From Eledone cirrhosa (Eukaryota), in assembly GCA_964016885.1 (NCBI GenBank), contig OZ024740.1, positions 33,542,001 through 33,606,000 of the forward strand: DNA of 64,000 bases, given 5' to 3'. The translations under genes and the position numbers were made by a program. Below, piece after piece: positions 53,799 to 64,000 of the stretch. The notes beneath the pieces are model-generated. The model searched no databases, was not told where the DNA came from, and saw only the letters and a program-made list of their open reading frames with translations. Numbering within the stretch: the stretch's first letter is position 1; each line of letters starts with the position of its first letter.

Positions 53799-53965
53799 AT
53801 CATCATCATTGTTTAACGTCTATCTTCCACGCTAGCATGAGTTAGACAGGAATTGTCCTACGTGAGACAAGATTGGTTGGGTGACCGTGTCTCGCTCTTA
53901 TAGGACTATCTGGCAGGTTTTCTACGGTTGGATGCCCTTCCTAACACCAACCACATTTACAGTGT
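53799..53965 (-). mobile_element. RTE family 2, 3' tip
   Basis: (CAT)n tail with gtttaacgtc...ggatgcccttcctaacaccaaccacatttacagtgt. Confidence 0.8.
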
Positions 53966-54023
53966 ATTTAATGCATATATATATATATATATATATACAT
54001 AATGTATATATATATATATATAT

Positions 54024-54221
54024 GAGTAGGACCCCGAGGGCTGAGCTCAAGCCGTTTCGACGGCTAATTCTGGACTGATTTTAGTCCAGAATTAGCCGTC
54101 GGAACGGCTTGAGCTCAGCCGTCGGGGGTCCTACTCGTTCCTATTACCCACTCTACTACCCTAAGTATTGAGTACTTTGGTGCGTTATGGTCCACCTGGT
54201 TCCTTACCACATTTCCTTCGT
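54024..54221 (+). mobile_element. Penelope-like/retrozyme fragment: hammerhead 3' half with fold-back palindrome (54024-54136)
   Basis: GAAAC-GGCT-tgagctc-AGCCG-TC stem III and cleavage triplet reconstructed from the two arms; flanked by (TA)n on both sides. Confidence 0.6.
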
Positions 54222-54271
54222 TATATATATATATATACATAAAGTACACCATCACCATTAAGGACACACTT

Positions 54272-54310
<39 letters not shown>

Positions 54311-54311
<1 letters not shown>

Positions 54312-56502
54312 AGAAGTGTGTCCTTAATGGTGATGGTGTACTTGCCATCACTGACGCTGATAAGAAGGTAGCTTGGAAGTGTCACTACGAAAGGCTACTA
54401 AATGAGGAGAATAATTGGGAGAAAGACAATCTCCCCCACATCGATCCAATAGAGGGTCAAGCAGTGCAAGTTGAAGGTAGTATAATAAGTAAGGTGATCA
54501 AAGACATGAAGACAGGCAAGGCGGCTGGGTCTTCGGAAATAGTTGCTGAAATACTGAAAGCATCTGGAACGGTGGCACACACTATGGTTACCCGGATAGT
54601 AAACCAAATCATACAGAATGGGATCGTTCCGAAGGACTGGCGCAGCAGCTTCATCATTAACTGCTACAAGGGTAAAGGAGATGCCCTAGATAGGGGAAAC
54701 TATAGAGGCATTAAATTAATTGACCAGGTCATGAAGGTCACAGAAAAAGTAATAGCGCAACTAATCAGAGAGCGAATTGATCTAGATGAAATGCAGTTCG
54801 GGTTTATGTCAGGTAAAAGTACCACAGACGCTCTTTTCATTGTACGACAACTACAGGAGAAGTACCTAGCTAAAGATAAACCCCTATACTTAGCTTTTGT
54901 TGACTTGGAGAAAGCTTTTGACAGAGTACCCCGCTCGATTATCTGGTGGGCCCTTAGAAAACTAGGTGTTGATGAATGGCTTGTGAGAGCTATACAAGCC
55001 ATGTATAAAGAAACAGTCAGCAAGGTTAGAATTAACAATGAATATAGTGAAGAGTTTAGCGTAAAAGTTGGTGTTCATCAGGGCTCCGTCTTAGCCCCCT
55101 ACTATTTATTATTGCCCCTCAGGCTATAACAGAGGAGTTCAAGACCGGCTGCCCATGGGAACTTCTATATGCAGATGATCTAACGCTCATAGCTGAATCA
55201 ATGGCTGAACTAGAGAACTAGAGAAGAAATTCCAAACATGGAAGCATGACGTAGAATCAAAAGGCCTTAAAATTAACCTGTCTAAGACTAAAGTTCTAGT
55301 TTGTAGGAAGGAAAATAGGGCACTGGTCCCATCTGGGAAATGGCCATGCTCAGTGTGTAGGAAAGGAGTAGGCAGAAACTCCATTTTATGTCCCAAATGC
55401 AAAGTATGGGTGCATAAAAGATGTAGTGGGATCACAGGTAAGCTAACTAAGAATATAGATTTTATATGTGGCCGGTGCTCAGGTGCAATAAATAGCAGCA
55501 AGTGCCCACAGAGTACTAGCTCATTCCATTGCACAGATGGTTCTATAGAAATAGTGGACACCTTCCATTACCTGGGTGACAAAATCAGCAGTGGTGGAGG
55601 GTGCTCTGAAAGTACAATAGCTAGAGTCAGAATGGGATGGAAAAAGTTCAGAGAGCTTATACCACTATTGGCCGCTAAAGGGTTCTCTCTAAAAATGAAA
55701 GGCAGGCTGTATGATGCCTGCAAACGAACAGCAATTACATGGCAGTGAGACTTGGGCATTGTGTGCAGAGGATATACGCAGACTGGAGAGGAATGAAGCT
55801 TGCATGCTCCGTTGGATGTGTAATAGTAATATACGTGAATGGCAAAGCATAAATGAACTAAGGGAGAAATTAGGAATAAGAGGAATCAGATGTTGTTTAC
55901 TCGAGAGAAGACTACGTTGGTATGGTCACTTAATGCGCATGAAAGACGACAGCTGTATAAAAAAGTGCAGGGCGATAAAAATAGACGGTAGCCACGGAGT
56001 AGGCAGACCCAGAAAAACTTGGGACAACTTGATAAATTCCCACCTCACACACTTACACCTCTCCAAGACAATGTCACTGGACCGAGATCTTTGGCGCTAC
56101 ACAGTAATACAGAAGACCCACCTTACCTAAGTACAAAGCGAAACCTACAGCCAGTAAGCACCTCTAACAAAAATAACCCCCCACCCCACCCCCACCCCCC
56201 CACCCCATCTTTCGATGTAATGTTATGTTGGTACCACAATATCCAGTCCGAAATAAATGAGGTTGTGTAGGTGTCACGAAAAAAAAAACACACAGTCTAC
56301 GCTGTAATGTGGCCGTGTAGGTAACGGTAAAAACCTCCCAGTTCCACACTGTAAATGTGGTTGGTATTAGGAAGGGCATCCAGCCGTAGAAAACCCACCA
56401 GACAGTCCTATGCGAGCAAGACAACCAATCTTGCCTCAAGTGGGAAAACTCCCGTCCAAACCCATGCAAGCGTGGAAGATGGACGTTAAATGATGATGAT
56501 GA

Positions 56503-56505
<3 letters not shown>
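54311..56505 (+). mobile_element. RTE family 2 LINE, 5'-truncated and frameshifted
   Basis: RT (YKGKGD..NYRGIKL, QFGF, FVDLEKAFDRV, GVHQGS, YADD), finger, RLRWYGH; (GAT)n tail. Confidence 0.96.
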
Positions 56506-56549
<44 letters not shown>

Positions 56550-56595
56550 ATGTATATATATATATACACATAATGTATATATATATATACACATA

Positions 56596-56634
<39 letters not shown>

Positions 56635-56670
56635 ATGTATATATATATATATATATATATACACATAATG

Positions 56671-56703
<33 letters not shown>

Positions 56704-57000
56704 TATATATAATATTTATATATATATAATATATATATATAATATTTATATATATATAATATATATATATAATATTTATATATATATAATATATATATAT
56801 TATATATATATATATATATATAATATATATATATATATACACATAATGTATATATATATATATACACATAATGTATATATATATATATACACATAATGTA
56901 TATATATATATATATATATATACACATAATGTATATATATATATATATATATAATATATATATATAATATTTATATATATATATATAATATATATATATA
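56505..57000. repeat. (TA)n compound microsatellite with cacataatg interruptions
   Basis: Direct inspection. Confidence 0.95.
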
Positions 57001-57386
57001 TCATCATCATCATCAACGTTTAACGTCCGTGTTCCACGCTTGCATGGGTTTGGACGGGGGTAGTCCCACTTGAGGCAAGAGTGATTGTCTTGCTCGCATA
57101 GGACTGTCTGGCAGGTTTTCTACAGTTGGATGCCCTTCCTAACACCAACCACATTTACAGTGTGGGTCTGGGAGGTTTTTCCCGTGTTGCCTACACGGCC
57201 ACATTACAGCGTGGACTGTGTGTTTTTTTGTCGTGACACCTACACGATCTCATTTGTTTCGGCCTCGATGGCGCGGCACCAACATAACTTTACATAGAAC
57301 GGGGTGGTGTGGATGGGGTGGTGGTGGTGGGACGGGGTGTATTTTGTTAGAGATGCCTACTGGCTGGAGTAGGTTTTACTATATAT

Positions 57387-60300
57387 TTAAGTAAGGCGGG
57401 TCTTCTCTGTTACTGAGTACCGCCAAAGGTCTCGGTCCAGTGACATTGTCTTGGAGAGGTGTAAGTGTGTGATGTCGGAGTTTATCAGCTCGTCCCAGGT
57501 TTTTCTAGGTCTGCCTATTCCGTGACTACCGTCTATCTTTATTGCCCTGCACTTTGTTATACAGCTATCGACTTTCATGCGCATCACGTGTCCATACCAA
57601 CGTAGCCTTCTCTCGAGTAAACAACATCTGATCCCTCTTATCTCTAATTTTTTCCTTAGTTCGTTTATGCTTTGCCGTTCACGTATATTACTGTTACACA
57701 TCCAGCGGAGCATGCAAGCTTCGTTCCTCTCTAGTCTGCGTATATCCTCTGCACACAATGCCCAGGTCTCACTGCCATGCAGCATTGCTGTTCGTATGCA
57801 GGCATCGTACAACCTGCCTTTCATTTTTAGGGAGAACCCTTTAGCAGCTAATAGTGGTATAAGCTCTCTGAACTTTTTCCAACCAGTTCTGACTCTAGCT
57901 ACAGTACTTTCAGAGCACCCTCCCCCACTGCTGATTTTATCGCCCAGGTAACGGAAGCTGTCCACTATTTCTATAGAACCCTCTGCGCAATTGAAAGAGC
58001 TAGTATTTTGTGGGCACTTGCTGCTACTTATTGCACTAGAACACCGGCCACATGTAAAATCTATGTTCTTAGTTAGCTTACATGTGATCCCACTACATCT
58101 TTTATGCACCCATACTTTGCATTTAGGACATAAAATGGAGTTTCTACCTACGCCTTTCCTACACACCGAGCACGACCATTTCCCAGAAGGGACCGCCGCC
58201 TTGTTTTCTTTCCTACAAACTAGTACTTTGGTCTTAGCCAGGTTAATTTTAAGTCCTTTTGACTCTAGGCCGTGCTTCCATGTTTGGAATTTCTTCTCTA
58301 GCTCGGCCATTGATTCCGCTATGAGTGTCAGGTCGTCTGCGTATAGGAGTTCCCATGGGCAGCCTGTCTTGAACTCCTCTGTTATAGCCTGAAGGGCAAT
58401 AATAAATAGTAGGGGGCTGAGAACAGAGCCCTGATGGACGCCAACTTTTACGCTAAACTCTTCACTATATTCGTTGTTAATTCTAACCTTGCTGACTGTT
58501 TCTTTATACATGGCTTGTATAGCCCTCACAAGCCATTCGTCAACGCCTAGTTTTCTAAGAGCCCACCAGATAATGGAGCGGGGGACTCTGTCGAAGGCTT
58601 TCTCCAAGTCGACAAAAGCTAAGTAGAGGGGTTTACCTTTAGCTAGGTACTTCTCCTGTAGTTGTCGTACTATGAAAAGAGCGTCTGTGGTACTTTTACC
58701 TGACACAAACCCGAACTGCATTTCATCTAGGTCAATTCTCTCTCTGATTAGTTGCGCTATTACTTTTTCCGTGACCTTCATGACCTGGTCGATTAATTTA
58801 ATGCCTCTATAGTTACTCCTATCTAGGGCGTCTCCTTTACCCTTATAACAGTTAACGATGATGCTGCTATGCCAGTCCTTCGGAACAACCCCATTCTGTA
58901 CGACTTGGTTAACTATGCGGGTGACCATGGTGTGTCCCACCGTGCCAGATGCCTTCAGCATCTCAGCAACTATTTCCGAAGGCCCAGCCGCCTTACCCGT
59001 CTTCATATCCTTGATTGCCTTACTTATTATACTCCCCTCGACTAACACTGCTGGTCCCTCTATTGGGTCGATATGGGGGAGACTGCCTTTCTCCCAATTA
59101 TTCTCCTCATTTAGTAGCCTTTCATAGTGACACTTCCAAGCTACCTTCTTATCAGCGTCGGTGATGGCAAGTGTGCCATCGTCGTTTAGTACACACTTCT
59201 CCCCGACAATATCACGGTTTTCCTTGACGCATTGCCTAGCAATCCTGAACACCTCACGTTTTTGGTCATCGCGTTGTAGAACATGCTTGAACTTTCTTTC
59301 CTCAGCTTCCCTTCTTGCTAAGTACACTTGTCTCCTAGCTTCCCTCCTGGCCACTTGATAGTCTTCTCTACTTCCCCCATCCCGCCATACTTTCCAAGCC
59401 TGCTTTTTGGCCTTAATTGACCCCTCCACCTTACTGTTCCACCACCATGTTACTCTCCTCCTGCCTACAGGCCTGCTCCAGCCACAGACTTCGTCTGTCG
59501 CCAACAGCAGGTTTGCTTTCAGAAATTCCCACTCTCCCTCTATATTGTCCGACTCTAAATGTTCTTCCTTACTGTCGAAAGCATCAAGTAATATGCTTTG
59601 AAATTTATTCCTGGCTGTGGGGTCCTTTAGCTTCCATATTTTTCTCCTGAGGATAGTCCTCTTCTGCTGTCGAGTACGTCTCGTCCTGACTATGAGGTCG
59701 CTAATTATCACTCTATGTTGGGAGGTGCATTATTCATGGGGGAGGGATTTAGTGTTTACAACAGACACTCTGTCACGTCTTCTGGTAAGGATATAATCTA
59801 CCTGGCTTGTGTGTTCCCCGGATCTATAGGTGATCAGGTGATTGTCACGTTTTTTGAAGTTAGTGTTACAGATAGTTAGGTTATTTGCATTACAGAATTC
59901 CAGGATTCTGGAGCCTTCCTCATTTCTAGTACCAAACCCATAGCCTCCATGGATTTCGTCGTAGCCGTCACAATGTTGTCCAACGTGACCATTTAGGTCG
60001 CCTGCGATAATTATATAGTCACTGTCGGATATTTGGGAGGTAGTTAGCATCAGTGTCTCATAGAATCTGTCTTTTATAGTGCCGGGCAGTCCGGATTGGG
60101 GTGCGTACGCAGATATTACTGTCACCGTAGTTCTATTGAGGACAAGTCGTATTTTAATTATTCTGTCGTTCACTCTATTTACGTCTATTATCTTATCTGC
60201 CCACTTTTCTGCTACCATGATTCCTACTCCACCCAGCCCATCGTCGTTTCCCACCCAGAAAAGCTTATAACATCGTTTTTTACCCTCAATGAACCTAGCA

Positions 60301-60557
60301 GACCCACCCCTCCACCTGGTCTCTTGAATACAACAAACATCGACCTCCTTACGTTCAAGCATTTCTACAACCTCGTTAGCGCGACCCTTTAGGGTGCCTA
60401 CATTTATGGTACCAACTCTGAAGTTTTGGATTGCGTTTGGGGGTTGGGGGCGGTGAGGGGCGGGGGGCGATGGGGTTATGTTAGCCGTCCGCGGTCGAAA
60501 CAATGAGGAGTGCTCGCATTCTCGTCCAAGAGGTGAATTTGTCTTTATCTTTGGCAT
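57387..60557 (-). pseudogene. RTE ORF (APE endonuclease + RT + PHD-type finger) with one premature stop
   Basis: GTINVGTL, IQETRW, SAYAPQ, GDLNGH and SQVDYIL (APE). An in-frame TAA at 59730-59732 (PHE*CTSQHRVIISDL) is followed by the 774-aa RT part in the same frame. Confidence 0.95.
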
Positions 60558-60783
60558 TGTCGCTGAGCGTCCAGATTTTTCTCTCTCTCACCTCCACTCT
60601 CCAGGATTCCGCAGTCCATTCATCCATCATATATCGAAAGGCAACCAGGCAAGCGATAGTATAGGCCTCTGGTTTCTGATTTGGTCCGCGTAATAATACT
60701 GGTGATGCGTGGGGGCTCTGTTTTATGATTGGTCCACGTAATAGCAATGGTGGTGCGTGGGGGTGGGAGGGAGGGGTGTTGGG

Positions 60784-61087
60784 TAGCTAGCAAGAAGGTA
60801 ATGATTGAATGGGGTCCTTGCATTTAACAAGCGATTAACAAAAATACAAAATTTGTTCTGTTAAATACGCCCAAAAACTTTCGTATTTAACAATTAATAG
60901 AAACAGAAAATGTAGTTTGTTTTAGCGATAGATTGGCTATTTGGACTTGATACGAAATATGGATTGTTTTGAAAATACGCTAGAATTAAGATTTGTGGAG
61001 GGAGAGAAATGAAAACTGTACATTACGTTTACATGAATATCGTGGATGGACAGCAAGCAATGAAATTTGGCGAAGTGAATTCCTATC

Positions 61088-61138
<51 letters not shown>

Positions 61139-61607
61139 GAGAGCGAGGGGGGGGGGCCACATGATGGCTGTGGGTGTTAGGCGTTTGACCGCCCCGTGCC
61201 TTCGAAGAAGGAAGAAGGAAAGGATTTTGTTTTTTTTGTTTTGAAGATACGCTAGAATTAGGGATTGAGGTTTGAAAATACGTTAGGAATTAAGGTTTGA
61301 AAATAGCTAGCAAGAAGGTAATGATTGAATGGGGTCCTTGCATTTAACAAGCGATTAACAAAAATACAAAATTTGTTCTGTTAAATACGCCCAAAAACTT
61401 TCGTATTTAACAATTAATAGAAACAGAAAATGTAGTTTGTTTTAGCGATAGATTGGCTATTTGGACTTGATACGAAATATGGATTGTTTTGAAAATACGC
61501 TAGAATTAAGATTTGTGGAGGGAGAGAAATGAAAACTGTACATTACGTTTACATGAATATCGTGGATGGACAGCAAGCAATGAAATTTGGCGAAGTGAAT
61601 TCCTATC

Positions 61608-61655
<48 letters not shown>

Positions 61656-62129
61656 TGAGAGAGCGAGCGGGGGGGGGGGCACATGATGGCTGTGGGTGTT
61701 AGGCGTTTGACCGCCCCGTGCCTTCGAAGAAGGAAGAAGGAAAGGATTTTGTTTTTTTTGTTTTGAAGATACGCTAGAATTAGGGATTGAGGTTTGAAAA
61801 TACGTTAGGAATTAAGGTTTGAAAATAGCTAGCAAGAAGGTAATGATTGAATGGGGTCCTTGCATTTAACAAGCGATTAACAAAAATACAAAATTTGTTC
61901 TGTTAAATACGCCCAAAAACTTTCGTATTTAACAATTAATAGAAACAGAAAATGTAGTTTGTTTTAGCGATAGATTGGCTATTTGGACTTGATACGAAAT
62001 ATGGATTGTTTTGAAAATACGCTAGAATTAAGATTTGTGGAGGGAGAGAAATGAAAACTGTACATTACGTTTACATGAATATCGTGGATGGACAGCAAGC
62101 AATGAAATTTGGCGAAGTGAATTCCTATC

Positions 62130-62163
<34 letters not shown>

Positions 62164-62417
62164 TGAGAGAGAGAGTGAGAGAGCGAGGGGGGGGGGGGGC
62201 CACATGATGGCTGTGGGTGTTAGGCGTTTGACCGCCCCGTGCCTTCGAAGAAGGAAGAAGGAAAGGATTTTGTTTTTTTTGTTTTGAAGATACGCTAGAA
62301 TTAGGGATTGAGGTTTGAAAATACGTTAGGAATTAAGGTTTGAAAATAGCTAGCAAGAAGGTAATGATTGAATGGGGTCCTTGCATTTAACAAGCGATTA
62401 ACAAAAATACAAAATTT
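60784..62417. repeat. ~520-bp tandem repeat, 3.1 copies
   Basis: tagctagcaagaaggtaatg starts at 60784, 61304, 61826 and 62347. Confidence 0.97.
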
Positions 62418-62819
<402 letters not shown>

Positions 62820-62849
62820 AGATCAAAAGATGGTTAAAGGAGTTCAATA

Positions 62850-62920
62850 TATTTTATTATGCGCATTTCAAAAACAAACATCATCAAACAATAATATTTG
62901 TGTTTTCATCAGATAAAACA
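62850..62920 (-). ncRNA. Type I hammerhead ribozyme, mirror copy in the left palindrome arm
   Basis: Exact reverse complement of 63041-63111. Confidence 0.8.
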
Positions 62921-63040
62921 GGAGAACATGATATGAAGGCTAAAAAAACACTTGTTGATAGTGCAGTTTTAAATCAACATATGTTGATTTAAAACTGCAC
63001 TATCAACAAGTGTTTTTTTAGCCTTCATATCATGTTCTCC

Positions 63041-63111
63041 TGTTTTATCTGATGAAAACACAAATATTATTGTTTGATGATGTTTGTTTTTGAAATGCGC
63101 ATAATAAAATA
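63041..63111 (+). ncRNA. Type I hammerhead ribozyme
   Basis: Stem I tgttttat/ataaaata; CUGAUGA at 63049-63055; stem II 63056-63091 (caaatattat/atgatgtttg with G-U pairs); GAAA at 63092-63095; minimal stem III with palindromic UGCGCA; AUA cleavage triplet. Confidence 0.82.
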
Positions 63112-63246
63112 TATTGAACTCCTTTAACCATCTTTTGATCTTATATTATGCATACTCCAGTCCCACAAACTGTAGAGTGCTTCTTATCCGATATCTGCAT
63201 TGCTTTATTGTACTACAATAAAACTCACCTCCTACATATATATATA

Positions 63247-64000
63247 TCATCATCATCATCATCATCACCGTTTTACGTCCGTTCTTCCACGCTAGCATGG
63301 GTTAGACGGGTTGTCCTGTTGTGGGCAGTGTCTGGTCGGCTGACCATGCCTTGCTCATACAGGAACTGATCTGGCTTGATTTCTACAGCTGGATGCCCTT
63401 CCTAACACCAACCTCATTTACAGTGAGTGCTGGGTGCTTTTTCGTGGCGCCTACACGTCCACTTTACAGTGTGGGCTGGGTGCTTTTTTGCCGTGGCACC
63501 TCCACGACCACCTTGCGGTGGGGGTGGGGGGGGCATATTGTTTATATGCTTCAGCATGTACCCATGGGAGGTCGGGTACCCTGTATTACTGCGTGACGCC
63601 AGAAGTCACGGTCGTGTGTCATTGACTTTGAGAGGTGTAGTTGGGTAAGGTCGGCTTTTATCACCTCATCCCAAGTCATCTTGGGTCTCCCCACTCCGCG
63701 GTTTCCATCAACTTCTAGTGCTCTGCACCTTTTTATGCAGCTGTCATCCTTCATACGCATCACATGTCCATACCAGCGTAACCGCCTCTCCTGCACGCAG
63801 CATTTGATTCCTCTTATGCTCAGTCTCTCTCTCAATTCATTTATGCTTTGTCGTTCACGTATATTACTGTTACACATCCATCGGAGCATGCAGGCTTCGT
63901 TTCTCTCTAATCTACGTAAGTCTTCCACCTTCAGCGCCCAGGTCTCACTACCATGCAACATCGCTGTTCGGATACACGCATCATACAGTCTGCCTTTCAT
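63247..64000 (-). mobile_element. RTE family 1 LINE 3' part (continues beyond the window)
   Basis: MKGRLYDACIRTAMLHGSETW...RLRWYGHVMR; 3' UTR near-identical to 38018-38321; (CAT)n tail. Confidence 0.95.

Larger units (their letters stand above)
57001..62417 (-). mobile_element. Near full-length RTE family 2 LINE with a tandem 5' monomer array
   Basis: (CAT)n tail at 57001, 3' UTR, EN-RT ORF 60557-57387, and 520-bp repeats upstream; (TA)n on both flanks. Confidence 0.95.

Noticed and set aside
56164-57016. Tyr/Ile-rich ORFs (also at 108-310, 62368-62820 and 49768-50182)
   Set aside because: These are translations of (TA)n and related microsatellites.
60481-60747. Small ORF1 upstream of the RTE ORF
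   Set aside because: Non-ATG start, no recognisable domain, and no second copy in the window to test conservation.
61150-61205. Twister- or HDV-like ribozyme in the RTE 5' monomer (minus strand ggcggtcaaacgcctaacac...)
   Set aside because: There is a hairpin followed by CGCCUAACAC, but I could not find the remaining twister core or build an HDV nested pseudoknot by eye. A cmsearch of the monomer would settle it.

Overview
Eukaryotic, AT-rich animal genomic DNA. The repeat repertoire suggests an octopus or other cephalopod, which is my inference. The window holds 13 coding exons of a plus-strand ABCC10/MRP7-type ABC transporter (TMD0, TMD1, NBD1 and most of TMD2; NBD2 lies beyond the window). 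I traced the exons by hand, and all have GT-AG junctions and consistent phases. The introns and flanks are packed with retroelements: two RTE LINE families with a PHD-type C4HC3 finger inside the RT region (one copy nearly intact, with a tandem 520-bp 5' monomer array), a CsRn1-clade Gypsy element, a second LTR plus tRNA-Trp PBS remnant, a CR1 nested in an RTE, a CRE fragment, SINEs, Helitron-like and Tigger remnants, and several satellites. The most interesting observations are: (1) a complete Type I hammerhead ribozyme present on both strands of a perfect 338-bp palindrome, plus a second hammerhead half folded back at its own stem II (Penelope-like/retrozyme); (2) four independent fold-back inverted duplications at the 5' ends of three classes of retroposon; (3) two LTRs that both end in GCTAAA instead of CA.
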